A stretch of DNA of 64,000 nt from an uncultured Eubacteriales bacterium (GTDB lineage: Bacteria; Bacillota; Clostridia; Christensenellales; CAG-138). Location: the NCBI GenBank assembly GCA_902802575.1, contig CADCMN010000009.1, positions 375 to 64,374 on the forward strand. Direction: 5' to 3'. Made by a program: the position numbers and the translations under genes. The notes beneath the pieces were generated by a model. That model worked only from the letters and a program-made list of their open reading frames with translations. It did no database searches and was not told the origin of the DNA. Shown here in pieces: positions 8,166 through 16,152 of this stretch (within the stretch, counting starts at the first letter, position 1; each line of letters starts with the position of its first letter).

Positions 8166-10391
8166 TTATTCTTCGTCTTTTCCGCCGGAGAACTCCACAT
8201 AGACCGTGCTTCCCTTGGGGATCTTGGTCCCCTCCGGATACTGGATCTGTATCACCGTGCCCGTGCTCTTGCTCCGATCATAGTCCATGACGAGACCCGC
8301 TTTGGTCAAAGCATCCATGGCGTTCAACCGGTTCTTGCCCATGAGCTTGGGCACTTCGACCATCTCGATCTCCTCTTCCTCCCCCTGGAAGGTGGTCCAG
8401 GCGGTGTAGAGGATCACAGGGCTGCCCTTGACCACCAGATTGCCGGGGGTCGGGCTTTGGCGCTGCACCGCCGCGGCTTTCTCCGTCTCCATGAACGTGG
8501 CTTCGAGGCCCGCCTTTTTCAGGACATCTTTGGCCTGTTCCACGGTCAAGCCTCTCACATCCGGCACCGACACGGCGTTTTCCTGTCTTTCCATCGGCAC
8601 GGAGTAGTAGGTGAGCACGTTTCGCAGGACCTGCTGCACAAAGGGAGCGGCCACCGTGCTGCCGTAGACCACGGGGACCTGCGGCTCATCCACAATGATC
8701 ATGCACAGATACTCCGGATCGTCAGCCGGAACAAATCCCACGAAGGAGGCCACCAGGAGGGTGCTGGACACCTTTCCGTTTTCGTCGTATTTCTGAGAGG
8801 TGCCGGTCTTGCCGCCCACGCTGTAGCCGGGGATGGCCGCGTTCTTGCCGCTGCCGGAGTCCACCACGCCGGTGAGATACTTGCGGACCTTGGCGGAGGT
8901 TTCGGGGCTGATGACGTTGCGGATCACGCTCCTCTCATTATGCTCCAGGGAAGTGCCGTCGGGAGCGGTAACCTCCATCACGTAGTAGGGTTTGAGCAAT
9001 TCCCCGCCGTTGATGGCGGCGCACACCGCCATGGCCATCTGCATACCGGTGCAGGAGATGCTCTGGCCGAAGCCGATGCGGGCAAGGTCCGTGTCCCGGA
9101 TATACTTGCGGTGGGTCACCTTGCCGGTGGTCTCGCCGCCTATGCCCACGCCGGTCTTGTCGTTCATGCCGAAAGCGTAGATATATTCATAAAACTTGTC
9201 GGTGCCCATCTTCAGCGCCATGGACATGAAAGCGGGGTTGCAGCTGTTCTGCACCGCCTGCGCCAGGGTTTCCCGGCCATGTCCGACGTCTATTTCCTGG
9301 CCGTTGCTCCGCTTCCTGGTGGTCTTTTTCCAGCATTTGATCTTCTGGCCCAGCACGTTGAGGTATCCGGAGCAGAAGAATTGGGTGGAATCGTTCACCG
9401 AGCCGGAATCCAGGGCTGCCGCCAGGGTCACCACCTTGAAAACGGACCCGGGCTCGTAGGTCTCGGTGACCATCCGCTGCCGGGACAGGTCCAGCAACGT
9501 CTCCGCGTCCGTACGGGGCGGATGGTTGGGATCAATGGTGGGATAGGAGCTGATGGCGTATATTTCGCCGGTTTTGGGGCTCATGACCACCCCATAGGCA
9601 TATTTGGCCAGATTCGTGCGAGCCGCCTCCTCCAAGGCGTTCTGCAAAAACCCCTGGATGCCCGTGTCCACCGTCATCTGGACCGTAGCCCCGCCGATGG
9701 GCGCTATGTAGGAGCTTTCGCCGCCGGGAATCTCATTGCCGTCCCGATCCGTTTCAAAGATCTGCTTGCCGTCCTTGCCGGACAAAATGGTATTGTAGCT
9801 GAGCTCCACGCCGGTCTGACCGTCGCCGTCCACGTTGGTAAAGCCCAGGAGCTGGCCAAACAGATTTCCCTCAGGATAGTTCCGCTTCACGTCGGCGTAA
9901 TAGCTGATGGCCCGATTCTCCTGGAAGGTGACCAGCTGGGCAATGACGTTGGATTCCACCTGGTCCTTGATCTTCACCTGCTGATATAATTTGCCGTCCT
10001 TGGGGTTCACCTTGGTCATCTTGGCGATGATGGACTCGTAGTTCACGCCCAAAAGAGTGTTGAGTATGCTGGCGATACGCTCCCGATCCGCGTCCTCCGT
10101 GATGGCCTGGGGGTTCACACAGACCATGTATGTGGTATAGCTCTCCGCGAGCACGTTGCCGTTCCGATCCAGGATCTTCCCGCGCTCCGCCTTCAAAGAC
10201 AGGGAGCTTTGCCACTGGCGCTGGGCCATTTTGGCATAGGACGGACCTTTGACGATGGAAACATGGTACAGATTGAACAGGAGGATCAAAAGCAGCACCA
10301 CGGCAAGAGCGGAAGCTATCAACAGCTTCCGACGAAGACGGGATATGCGGGGTCGCCGCGCCCTGATCTTTTTCCGCTTTTGTTGCTCCAC
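8166..10391 (-). CDS. ftsI: Class B penicillin-binding protein (FtsI/PBP2B/SpoVD type) with two C-terminal PASTA domains
   Basis: 741 aa with an N-terminal TM, a transpeptidase SxxK-type EPGSVFK, SCN and KTGT motifs, and two PASTA-like repeats (VPDVRGLTVEQAKDVLKKAGL..., VPKLMGKNRLNAMDALTKAGL...). Confidence 0.88.
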   Translation of the reverse strand: MEQQKRKKIRARRPRISRLRRKLLIASALAVVLLLILLFNLYHVSIVKGPSYAKMAQRQWQSSLSLKAERGKILDRNGNVLAESYTTYMVCVNPQAITEDADRERIASILNTLLGVNYESIIAKMTKVNPKDGKLYQQVKIKDQVESNVIAQLVTFQENRAISYYADVKRNYPEGNLFGQLLGFTNVDGDGQTGVELSYNTILSGKDGKQIFETDRDGNEIPGGESSYIAPIGGATVQMTVDTGIQGFLQNALEEAARTNLAKYAYGVVMSPKTGEIYAISSYPTIDPNHPPRTDAETLLDLSRQRMVTETYEPGSVFKVVTLAAALDSGSVNDSTQFFCSGYLNVLGQKIKCWKKTTRKRSNGQEIDVGHGRETLAQAVQNSCNPAFMSMALKMGTDKFYEYIYAFGMNDKTGVGIGGETTGKVTHRKYIRDTDLARIGFGQSISCTGMQMAMAVCAAINGGELLKPYYVMEVTAPDGTSLEHNERSVIRNVISPETSAKVRKYLTGVVDSGSGKNAAIPGYSVGGKTGTSQKYDENGKVSSTLLVASFVGFVPADDPEYLCMIIVDEPQVPVVYGSTVAAPFVQQVLRNVLTYYSVPMERQENAVSVPDVRGLTVEQAKDVLKKAGLEATFMETEKAAAVQRQSPTPGNLVVKGSPVILYTAWTTFQGEEEEIEMVEVPKLMGKNRLNAMDALTKAGLVMDYDRSKSTGTVIQIQYPEGTKIPKGSTVYVEFSGGKDEE

Positions 10392-10409
10392 GTTTATCCT
10401 TTCCCGTTG

Positions 10410-10853
10410 TTATTTATCGTTCCAACTCATGACCCGGCCCACGTTTTGATTGGCCTCGTTGATGGTGGCGTAATCGTTCATGGTGCTCTGCTCCTTCCTG
10501 AGCAGGGATATCTTCTCCTTATAGGAGGATATCTCCCTTTCCAGCGTGTGGATCTCCGTGTATATCTTGGCAATCTGAGCGCTGCCGTTGATGGCCAGGA
10601 TCGCTGTGCCCGCAATGAGAAACACCGCCAGGATCATGAGGATGCGGGAGTAGACGGGCACCTTCGGCTTTTCCACCTCCACCGCCTGTTCCGCGGCGAT
10701 ATCCTTCTGGCGAGGCTGCGGATAGACGGGCAGGTTTTCCGAAACCTCTTCCACCACCCGAACCTCCGGACCGTTTCGATGGGAGGGAGCGTATATACGG
10801 GTCACCGGCGCGCCGGTACCGTTGTGCTTCTCCGTGTCAAAGGATACTTCCAT
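10410..10853 (-). CDS. ftsL: Cell division protein FtsL-like (single TM plus coiled coil)
   Basis: 147 aa. TM segment ILMILAVFLIAGTAILAING is followed by a heptad-like IYTEIHTLEREISSYKEKISLLRKEQ. It lies between rsmH and the PBP gene. Confidence 0.7.
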   Translation of the reverse strand: MEVSFDTEKHNGTGAPVTRIYAPSHRNGPEVRVVEEVSENLPVYPQPRQKDIAAEQAVEVEKPKVPVYSRILMILAVFLIAGTAILAINGSAQIAKIYTEIHTLEREISSYKEKISLLRKEQSTMNDYATINEANQNVGRVMSWNDK

Positions 10854-11865
10854 CGGCTTTCATCCTCCCTTCTCTATACGTGTTCTTCTCTTTTCCTATG
10901 CCTCGATCCAGCTTTTCCAGAGCTCTGAGCTTGCAGCAGGCGGATCGGCTGTTCTCCTGCCGCTCCGCTTCACAGGCGATGAGCGGATGTTTTGTCAACA
11001 CTCTGCCATAGGGCGTCCGACCGCAGATGCATTGAGGGCTCTTCGGCGGACAGACGCAGGGGTTCTCCGCCGTTTTGAAAGCGGTTTTCACGATCCGATC
11101 CTCCAGGGAATGGAAGGTGAGTATGACGATCCTTCCCCCGGGATTCAGAATGTCGATACAATCATCCACCGCTTCCCGAAGATATTGCAGTTCTCCGTTC
11201 ACCTCGATGCGGATGGCCTGGAAGCAGCGGCGGGCGGGATGCTGCTGCTCCTTATAGCGAAACTTGGACGGGATGGCTCCGGCGATGATCTCCGCCAAAT
11301 CCGTGGTGGTCTGAATGGGCTTCTCAGCCCTTTTCTCCGCGATGCGTCGGGCGATCCCTGCCGAAAACCGTTCCTCGCCGTAATCCCGGAAGATGCGGAC
11401 GAGCTCCTTCTCCGAATAGCCGTTGACCACGTCCGCGGCCGTAAGGGCTGCGCTCTGGTCCATGCGCATGTCCAGGGGCGCTTCCGCTTTGTAAGAAAAG
11501 CCGCGACTGGGTTCGTCCAGCTGGTAGGAGGAGACGCCCAGGTCCAAAAGGATGCCGTCCACCTTCGACACTCCCTTCTGCAGCAACAGCGATTTCATGC
11601 GGAAGAAGTTGCCATGGACAGCGGTGAACCGATCGGCAAAGGGGGCGAGCCGCTCAGACGCCGCCAGCAGGGCCGTTTCGTCCCGGTCGATGCCGATAAG
11701 GCGGCTTCCTTCCGGCAGCAGCTGCAATATGGCCTCGCTGTGGCCGCCGCCGCCCAAGGTTCCGTCCACAAATATGCCGCCCCGCTGAGGTGAAAGTAGA
11801 TCCATCACTTCCGTGACCATGATGGGCACATGGTGAAAAGCCTGTTTTTTTTCGGCGTTTTCCAT
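10837..11865 (-). CDS. rsmH: 16S rRNA (cytosine1402-N4)-methyltransferase
   Basis: MENAEKKQAFHHVPIMVTEV...FVDGTLGGGGHSEAIL...LLDLGVSSYQLD. The ATG at 11865 follows GAAAGGAGG. The track ORF's N-terminal 68 aa are a spurious extension. Confidence 0.9.
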   Translation of the reverse strand: MENAEKKQAFHHVPIMVTEVMDLLSPQRGGIFVDGTLGGGGHSEAILQLLPEGSRLIGIDRDETALLAASERLAPFADRFTAVHGNFFRMKSLLLQKGVSKVDGILLDLGVSSYQLDEPSRGFSYKAEAPLDMRMDQSAALTAADVVNGYSEKELVRIFRDYGEERFSAGIARRIAEKRAEKPIQTTTDLAEIIAGAIPSKFRYKEQQHPARRCFQAIRIEVNGELQYLREAVDDCIDILNPGGRIVILTFHSLEDRIVKTAFKTAENPCVCPPKSPQCICGRTPYGRVLTKHPLIACEAERQENSRSACCKLRALEKLDRGIGKEKNTYREGRMKADGSIL

Positions 11866-11952
11866 GACGGACCTCCTTTCTTTTCTCCCCGAAGGGTATT
11901 TTTTGTCGAACAACGCCACAAGGACATACGTCCACATATATATACAGAGTGT

Positions 11953-11981
11953 ATTATATCGCAAATCAATCCGTTTGTCAG
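11953..11981 (-). promoter_or_regulatory. Candidate sigA promoter of the dcw cluster
   Basis: On the minus strand: CTGACA (11976-11981), a 17-nt spacer, then TATAAT (11953-11958). It lies about 90 nt upstream of the rsmH ATG in an AT-rich spacer. Confidence 0.55.
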
Positions 11982-12065
11982 TAAGAAAATGTGATATGAA
12001 CGTGAGTATTTTATAAATTAGTGACATGCAAAGGAGGACCGTAAAAAGCATACATGGAAAGAGAC

Positions 12066-12088
12066 GCAAAAAACAGAGCAGCTCTGTT
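12066..12088 (-). terminator. Intrinsic terminator after the dnaN-adjacent surface-protein gene
   Basis: On the minus strand: AACAGAG-ctg-CTCTGTT followed by TTTTTTG. Confidence 0.55.
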
Positions 12089-12161
12089 AATCAACCGACA
12101 ACAGACAGCCCTGTTTTTGAATGGATATGATTTTGTTGAACCGGATGGTCCTTCCCCTTGA

Positions 12162-14732
12162 TTACTTGGCTACCTTATCGGAGTATCCAAAGAGCAGACC
12201 ATCGGGCAAGGTCCTGAGCTGGCTCCAATCCTTCTTGTTGCCGCCCTTATTCAGGCGCTCTCCCATGAACACCATGCAGGCGGACACGCCGCCGTCCATG
12301 TTATAGGCCTGGACACATCCATAGGATTCCATAAGGTCCGCGAATTGCGCCAGCGTCCATCCTAAGGATTTATGAAGGGCGTCGCTGCGGTACCCGCCCA
12401 CGATCACAATAAAATGACCCGGTTTCACCATGCCTACGCCTACCCGTGGGTTGGTATTGTATATCACCTTATTGCTTTCCAGCGTCTTCTTCGAGGTTTT
12501 TACCCCATCCTGGATCAGAATTGGTCCAAAGGAAATGCAGTTTTCCACGCCGCCTTCCCGGATCAGCTGAGCAGAAGAGATGTTGTTCTTGGCAACCAGC
12601 TCAATGGACAGGGTCTCGGGATGCCAGATCATCAGATCTCCCTTCTTGGTGTCCTGATAGACCCATCCGTCCCGGATCAACACACCCTTTTTATCCTTGT
12701 CCATATGGATGATATTATCGCCGGTGATCATCAATACCGCCCGATAGCGCTTGGCTATGCCCATGGCGCTGTCCTTGTCGGTGCCGGAGCGCTTTTCATG
12801 ACCGAAGCCGGCCCTGAACTCATCCGCTCTCATATGGATATCCGCCACATAGTAGGGATACTCCACCTTATCCGTCTTGCCGGTATATCGGTTGATCTCA
12901 ATGGACAACGTCTCGTTTTTATAGATCCATTTGCCATTGTCCGGATCCTTTTCCACCACTTCCGCGCCATCCGTATACACCCCAATATCCGGATCGGGGG
13001 TGGCCGTAGGCGCTATGGTAGGCACGGCCGTGGGCGTCGCCGTAGGTTTCGGCGTGGGAACCGGGGTCGGCTCCGCCGTGGGCGCCGCTGTGGGCTCTAA
13101 AGTAGGTTCCGGCGTGAAGGTGGGCGCCTCCGTCCGGGCCGCCGCCGCTTCAATGGCGATCATTCCGTCGAAATGCTCCGCCGCTGCGGCCTGCCGCTCG
13201 TTCAAGGAAGCTGCCCGATACATGCCGAAGAAGATCACCAAACCGGCGAAAACCGGCACCAATATTCCCACGATCACGGGTAGCCGCACATTCATCACTC
13301 TCTTGAGAACGACCATGGCCGTGAACAGGATCGCCGCCACAATAAGGGACAGCACAATGGGCGTCATCACCGTCTTCGTGTCCGCCAGCCGGGGCATAGG
13401 CGTGGGCACGGGAGTTGAAGGGGCTTCTGTCATTCGGGCGACAGCGGGCGCCTGGGTCGGCACGGCCGTTGGCGTCGGCGTAGGTTCTTCCGTCGGTTCC
13501 GGAGTAGGTTCTGCCGTGGACTCGACGGTGGGTTCCGCCGTTGGCGTCGCCGTAGGCGATTCCTCAGGCTCCGCGGTGGGCTCTGCCGCAGGCTCCGGCG
13601 TTTTTAAGGAGGTGTAGCTGATGTTGGTCAGCATATTGCCTTCCTTGTAGCCGCTCCCATTGGCAAAGTGCAGGATATAGGTATCATCTCCGTAGGGCGT
13701 ATAATGGAACGTGCGCATGGAGACATACCCTTCCTTAAGCAGGGCGGCCGCCTGATCGTAGCCGTCGGAAAAATCAAACTTCTGCCCCTTACTGTCGCCC
13801 TTTTCCGCAACAAGATAGATCTTTTTCAGCCAGGATTGATTTTTGATTTTTTTATACACGTAGTCGCCGGTCACCACTTTATACGCGGCCTCCGACTCGG
13901 ACATCAAGGGAAACTGCCTGTTCTTGCCGTGCGTCACGATGACGGAGGGACAGCAGCTTTCAAGAACGTTCAGCAGCTTCTTGGACACCTCTCCGTTTTT
14001 CTCCAGGGTGCTTTTGAGCACGGTGCTGTCCAACGATCGTATACCCGCCGTGTCTAAAAAGATCGGCTCGTTTCGCATGCCCAGCTTCCACAATGTACGA
14101 AGACATTCCTCCTGCCGGTTGCGATTGTAAGGATTGATATACACTACCTGCACAGGCACGCCCATATTGATCAGGGAGGGGAGAAGCCCTCCAAAGCAGG
14201 CCAGTTCGTCTCCCGGATAACCGGTTATCAGCATGACAGCCGGCTTCTTCAAGGGCGCTTCAAACCGTGGCAGATCATCGGACAGCTCTCCGGCGGTATA
14301 CGCGCCGAGCTCGCTGACGGAACACGCTTTCTGAAACGTCAGCGTATAGCCGCAAACGCCTGGTTGAGATACGTCTATATAATCATCCAGCCGCGCCGGC
14401 GTCCACTCCTCGTTGGCTATCGTTTTTCCCTCTTTATCCGTCCAGGCAATGCTGACCTTGGAGGGCATGCTCTGCCAGGCGATAAAAGCGCAGCCGATCT
14501 CCGTGCCGCAGAATACGGATACTTTCTCTCCGTCGGCATAGGAAACGCGAGTGTTGTACATGCCGTCCGTCAAACGAGACGCATACGCGCCGTGTTTTTC
14601 ATCCGCAACGGTCAGCGCCTCTCTGAGATCCACCGCTTCTTTCTCATGAACGGCAGAAGAAAATACGGTATTGGCCGTAAGAATCAATACCGTTAAAAGC
14701 AGTATGCAGCTGATGCGCAGAGCTTTTTTCAT
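12162..14732 (-). CDS. Membrane-anchored surface protein. Domain order: signal peptide, beta-rich domain, degenerate PIG-L/LmbE-like domain, Pro/Thr linker, 2 TM, Pro/Thr linker, phosphodiester glycosidase (NAGPA/DUF2233-like) domain
   Basis: The ATG at 14732 (MKKALRISCILLLTVLILTA) is preferred over the track's TTG at 14762. The C-terminus (RAVLMITGDN...SFGPILIQDG...NPRVGVGMVKPGHFIVIV...AYNMDGGVSACMVF) matches the NAGPA-type phosphodiester glycosidase family. The protein is a paralog of 59782-62307. Confidence 0.7.
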   Translation of the reverse strand: MKKALRISCILLLTVLILTANTVFSSAVHEKEAVDLREALTVADEKHGAYASRLTDGMYNTRVSYADGEKVSVFCGTEIGCAFIAWQSMPSKVSIAWTDKEGKTIANEEWTPARLDDYIDVSQPGVCGYTLTFQKACSVSELGAYTAGELSDDLPRFEAPLKKPAVMLITGYPGDELACFGGLLPSLINMGVPVQVVYINPYNRNRQEECLRTLWKLGMRNEPIFLDTAGIRSLDSTVLKSTLEKNGEVSKKLLNVLESCCPSVIVTHGKNRQFPLMSESEAAYKVVTGDYVYKKIKNQSWLKKIYLVAEKGDSKGQKFDFSDGYDQAAALLKEGYVSMRTFHYTPYGDDTYILHFANGSGYKEGNMLTNISYTSLKTPEPAAEPTAEPEESPTATPTAEPTVESTAEPTPEPTEEPTPTPTAVPTQAPAVARMTEAPSTPVPTPMPRLADTKTVMTPIVLSLIVAAILFTAMVVLKRVMNVRLPVIVGILVPVFAGLVIFFGMYRAASLNERQAAAAEHFDGMIAIEAAAARTEAPTFTPEPTLEPTAAPTAEPTPVPTPKPTATPTAVPTIAPTATPDPDIGVYTDGAEVVEKDPDNGKWIYKNETLSIEINRYTGKTDKVEYPYYVADIHMRADEFRAGFGHEKRSGTDKDSAMGIAKRYRAVLMITGDNIIHMDKDKKGVLIRDGWVYQDTKKGDLMIWHPETLSIELVAKNNISSAQLIREGGVENCISFGPILIQDGVKTSKKTLESNKVIYNTNPRVGVGMVKPGHFIVIVGGYRSDALHKSLGWTLAQFADLMESYGCVQAYNMDGGVSACMVFMGERLNKGGNKKDWSQLRTLPDGLLFGYSDKVAK

Positions 14733-14736
14733 GATG

Positions 14737-15834
14737 TTAGAAAATCCGCATAGGAACGACAAGATAGAAATAGTCGTCGCTGTTCACCGGACGGATCACG
14801 CAGGGATTGATGGGGCTGTTGCACTCCAGATATACCTTGTCTTCCTCCACATTTTTGAGCACATTCATGACAAACTTGGGATTGAAAGCGATGCTCAGCC
14901 CGTCGCCCATGACCTGAGCGCTGAGCTCGTCCTCCACCTTGCCCACCACGCTCTCCGCTTTGACGGTCATATTGTCTGAGCCGATCAGGAAAAGAACGCT
15001 GTTATTGCCGTCCCGGGAAACCAGCTGAGCCCGATCCACGCTCTCCATCAGCGCATCCCGATCCACCAGGACCCGCGTCTTGCAGGATTTGGGAAGGATC
15101 CTCTTATAGTCGATATAATTGCTGTCGATGAGACGGGAGATCAGGACGGTCGCGCCCATATCCGCCTTCATATGGGTGCGGGAGAAGGTCAAGGACGCGG
15201 CGCCTTCCCCTTCCTCCAGCATACGGCCAATCTCGGTGACCGTTTTGCCGGGCACCACCACTCGCTTTTGGGGCGCTTCCTTCTCGATGGTCATGGTGTT
15301 TTTTGCAAACTGGAAGGAATCGGTGGCCACCATGGACAAGGTTTTGCCCTCGCTCTCCAGCAACACGCCGGCCAAAGCCGGATGAGCGTCGTCCAGCGCC
15401 ACGGCAAAGGTTGTGTGCTCGATGATCTTCCTGCCTTTCTCCCGATCGAAGGAGATGGTGAAGGTGTCGTCGCCATCAAAGGTCATCTGAGGAAACTCAT
15501 CATACTCCATGCATTGAAGCTGATTTACGGTTCGACCGCAGCGGATGGTCAGCGTCTGGCCGTCCATGGAGAAAAAGACGTTGCCGTCGGGAAGTTTGCG
15601 CACAATGTCGGAAAAGATGCGTCCCTTGATGACGCATTCGCCGGATTCCTCCACAATGGCTGAAAGACGGTATTCCTTCTGCAGCGTAAGATCGGAGCAG
15701 CGCAGCAGAATGCCTTCTTCATCCGCTACCAGATGGATCCCTTCCAACACGGGCATGGCGGAGCGAACGGGCAACGCTTTGCCGACAGACAGAACACCAT
15801 TTTTTAAAATGTCAGAATGTACACTAAATCTCAT
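14737..15834 (-). CDS. dnaN: DNA polymerase III beta sliding clamp
   Basis: 365 aa beginning MRFSVHSDILKNGVLSVGKALPVRSAMPVLEGIHL. It lies immediately downstream of dnaA/oriC. Confidence 0.92.
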   Translation of the reverse strand: MRFSVHSDILKNGVLSVGKALPVRSAMPVLEGIHLVADEEGILLRCSDLTLQKEYRLSAIVEESGECVIKGRIFSDIVRKLPDGNVFFSMDGQTLTIRCGRTVNQLQCMEYDEFPQMTFDGDDTFTISFDREKGRKIIEHTTFAVALDDAHPALAGVLLESEGKTLSMVATDSFQFAKNTMTIEKEAPQKRVVVPGKTVTEIGRMLEEGEGAASLTFSRTHMKADMGATVLISRLIDSNYIDYKRILPKSCKTRVLVDRDALMESVDRAQLVSRDGNNSVLFLIGSDNMTVKAESVVGKVEDELSAQVMGDGLSIAFNPKFVMNVLKNVEEDKVYLECNSPINPCVIRPVNSDDYFYLVVPMRIF

Positions 15835-15930
15835 ATGCTTGACCTCACTTTATGCCAGAATAGCATGTTTTCTATGGATTCTCAACCCCTGAGCGTTCAA
15901 TTTTACAAGATGTTGAAAATTGCGCGGTGA

Positions 15931-16137
15931 GAGATAATTTTAAAATATTTATAGAAGTAGTATTAGTAGACCCTGTGTCTGGTGGGGATAAGGGGAGAAA
16001 ATTCCGCTGCATCAAAGAAAAAGACTGTGGAAGAGGCTGTGGCTTTTCTGTGGACAGGCGATGGGGTTAGTCCTGTTGTCCCCGCTGTCCATGCTGTCCA
16101 CTGTTTTTGTCCACGGCTTATCCACCGCTGTGGATGG
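15931..16137. other. oriC: oriC-like region: AT-rich unwinding tract, TAG-period DnaA-trio-like repeats, GC cluster and an array of DnaA boxes
   Basis: AT-rich GAGATAATTTTAAAATATTTATAG, then TAGAAGTAGTATTAGTAG at 15952-15969. DnaA-box-like 9-mers: TGGGGATAA 15983-15991, TGTGGAAGA 16026-16034, TGTGGACAG 16049-16057, TTGTCCACG 16107-16115, TTATCCACC 16118-16126, TGTGGATGG 16129-16137. Confidence 0.7.
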
Positions 16138-16152
16138 AGAAAGTCGCTGCGG

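Noticed and set aside
11904-11910. Perfect Spo0A-box heptamer TGTCGAA upstream of rsmH
   Set aside because: It is a single 7-mer. Several such matches are expected by chance in 64 kb on two strands, and there is no second box or positional logic relative to the predicted promoter.
12931-13617. Repetitive-looking DNA (also at 59460-59640 and 60930-61070), considered as a tandem repeat or CRISPR-like array
   Set aside because: These are imperfect codon-level repeats encoding Pro/Thr/Ala/Glu linkers (PTPEPT...) inside long ORFs. There are no regularly spaced identical repeats or unique spacers.
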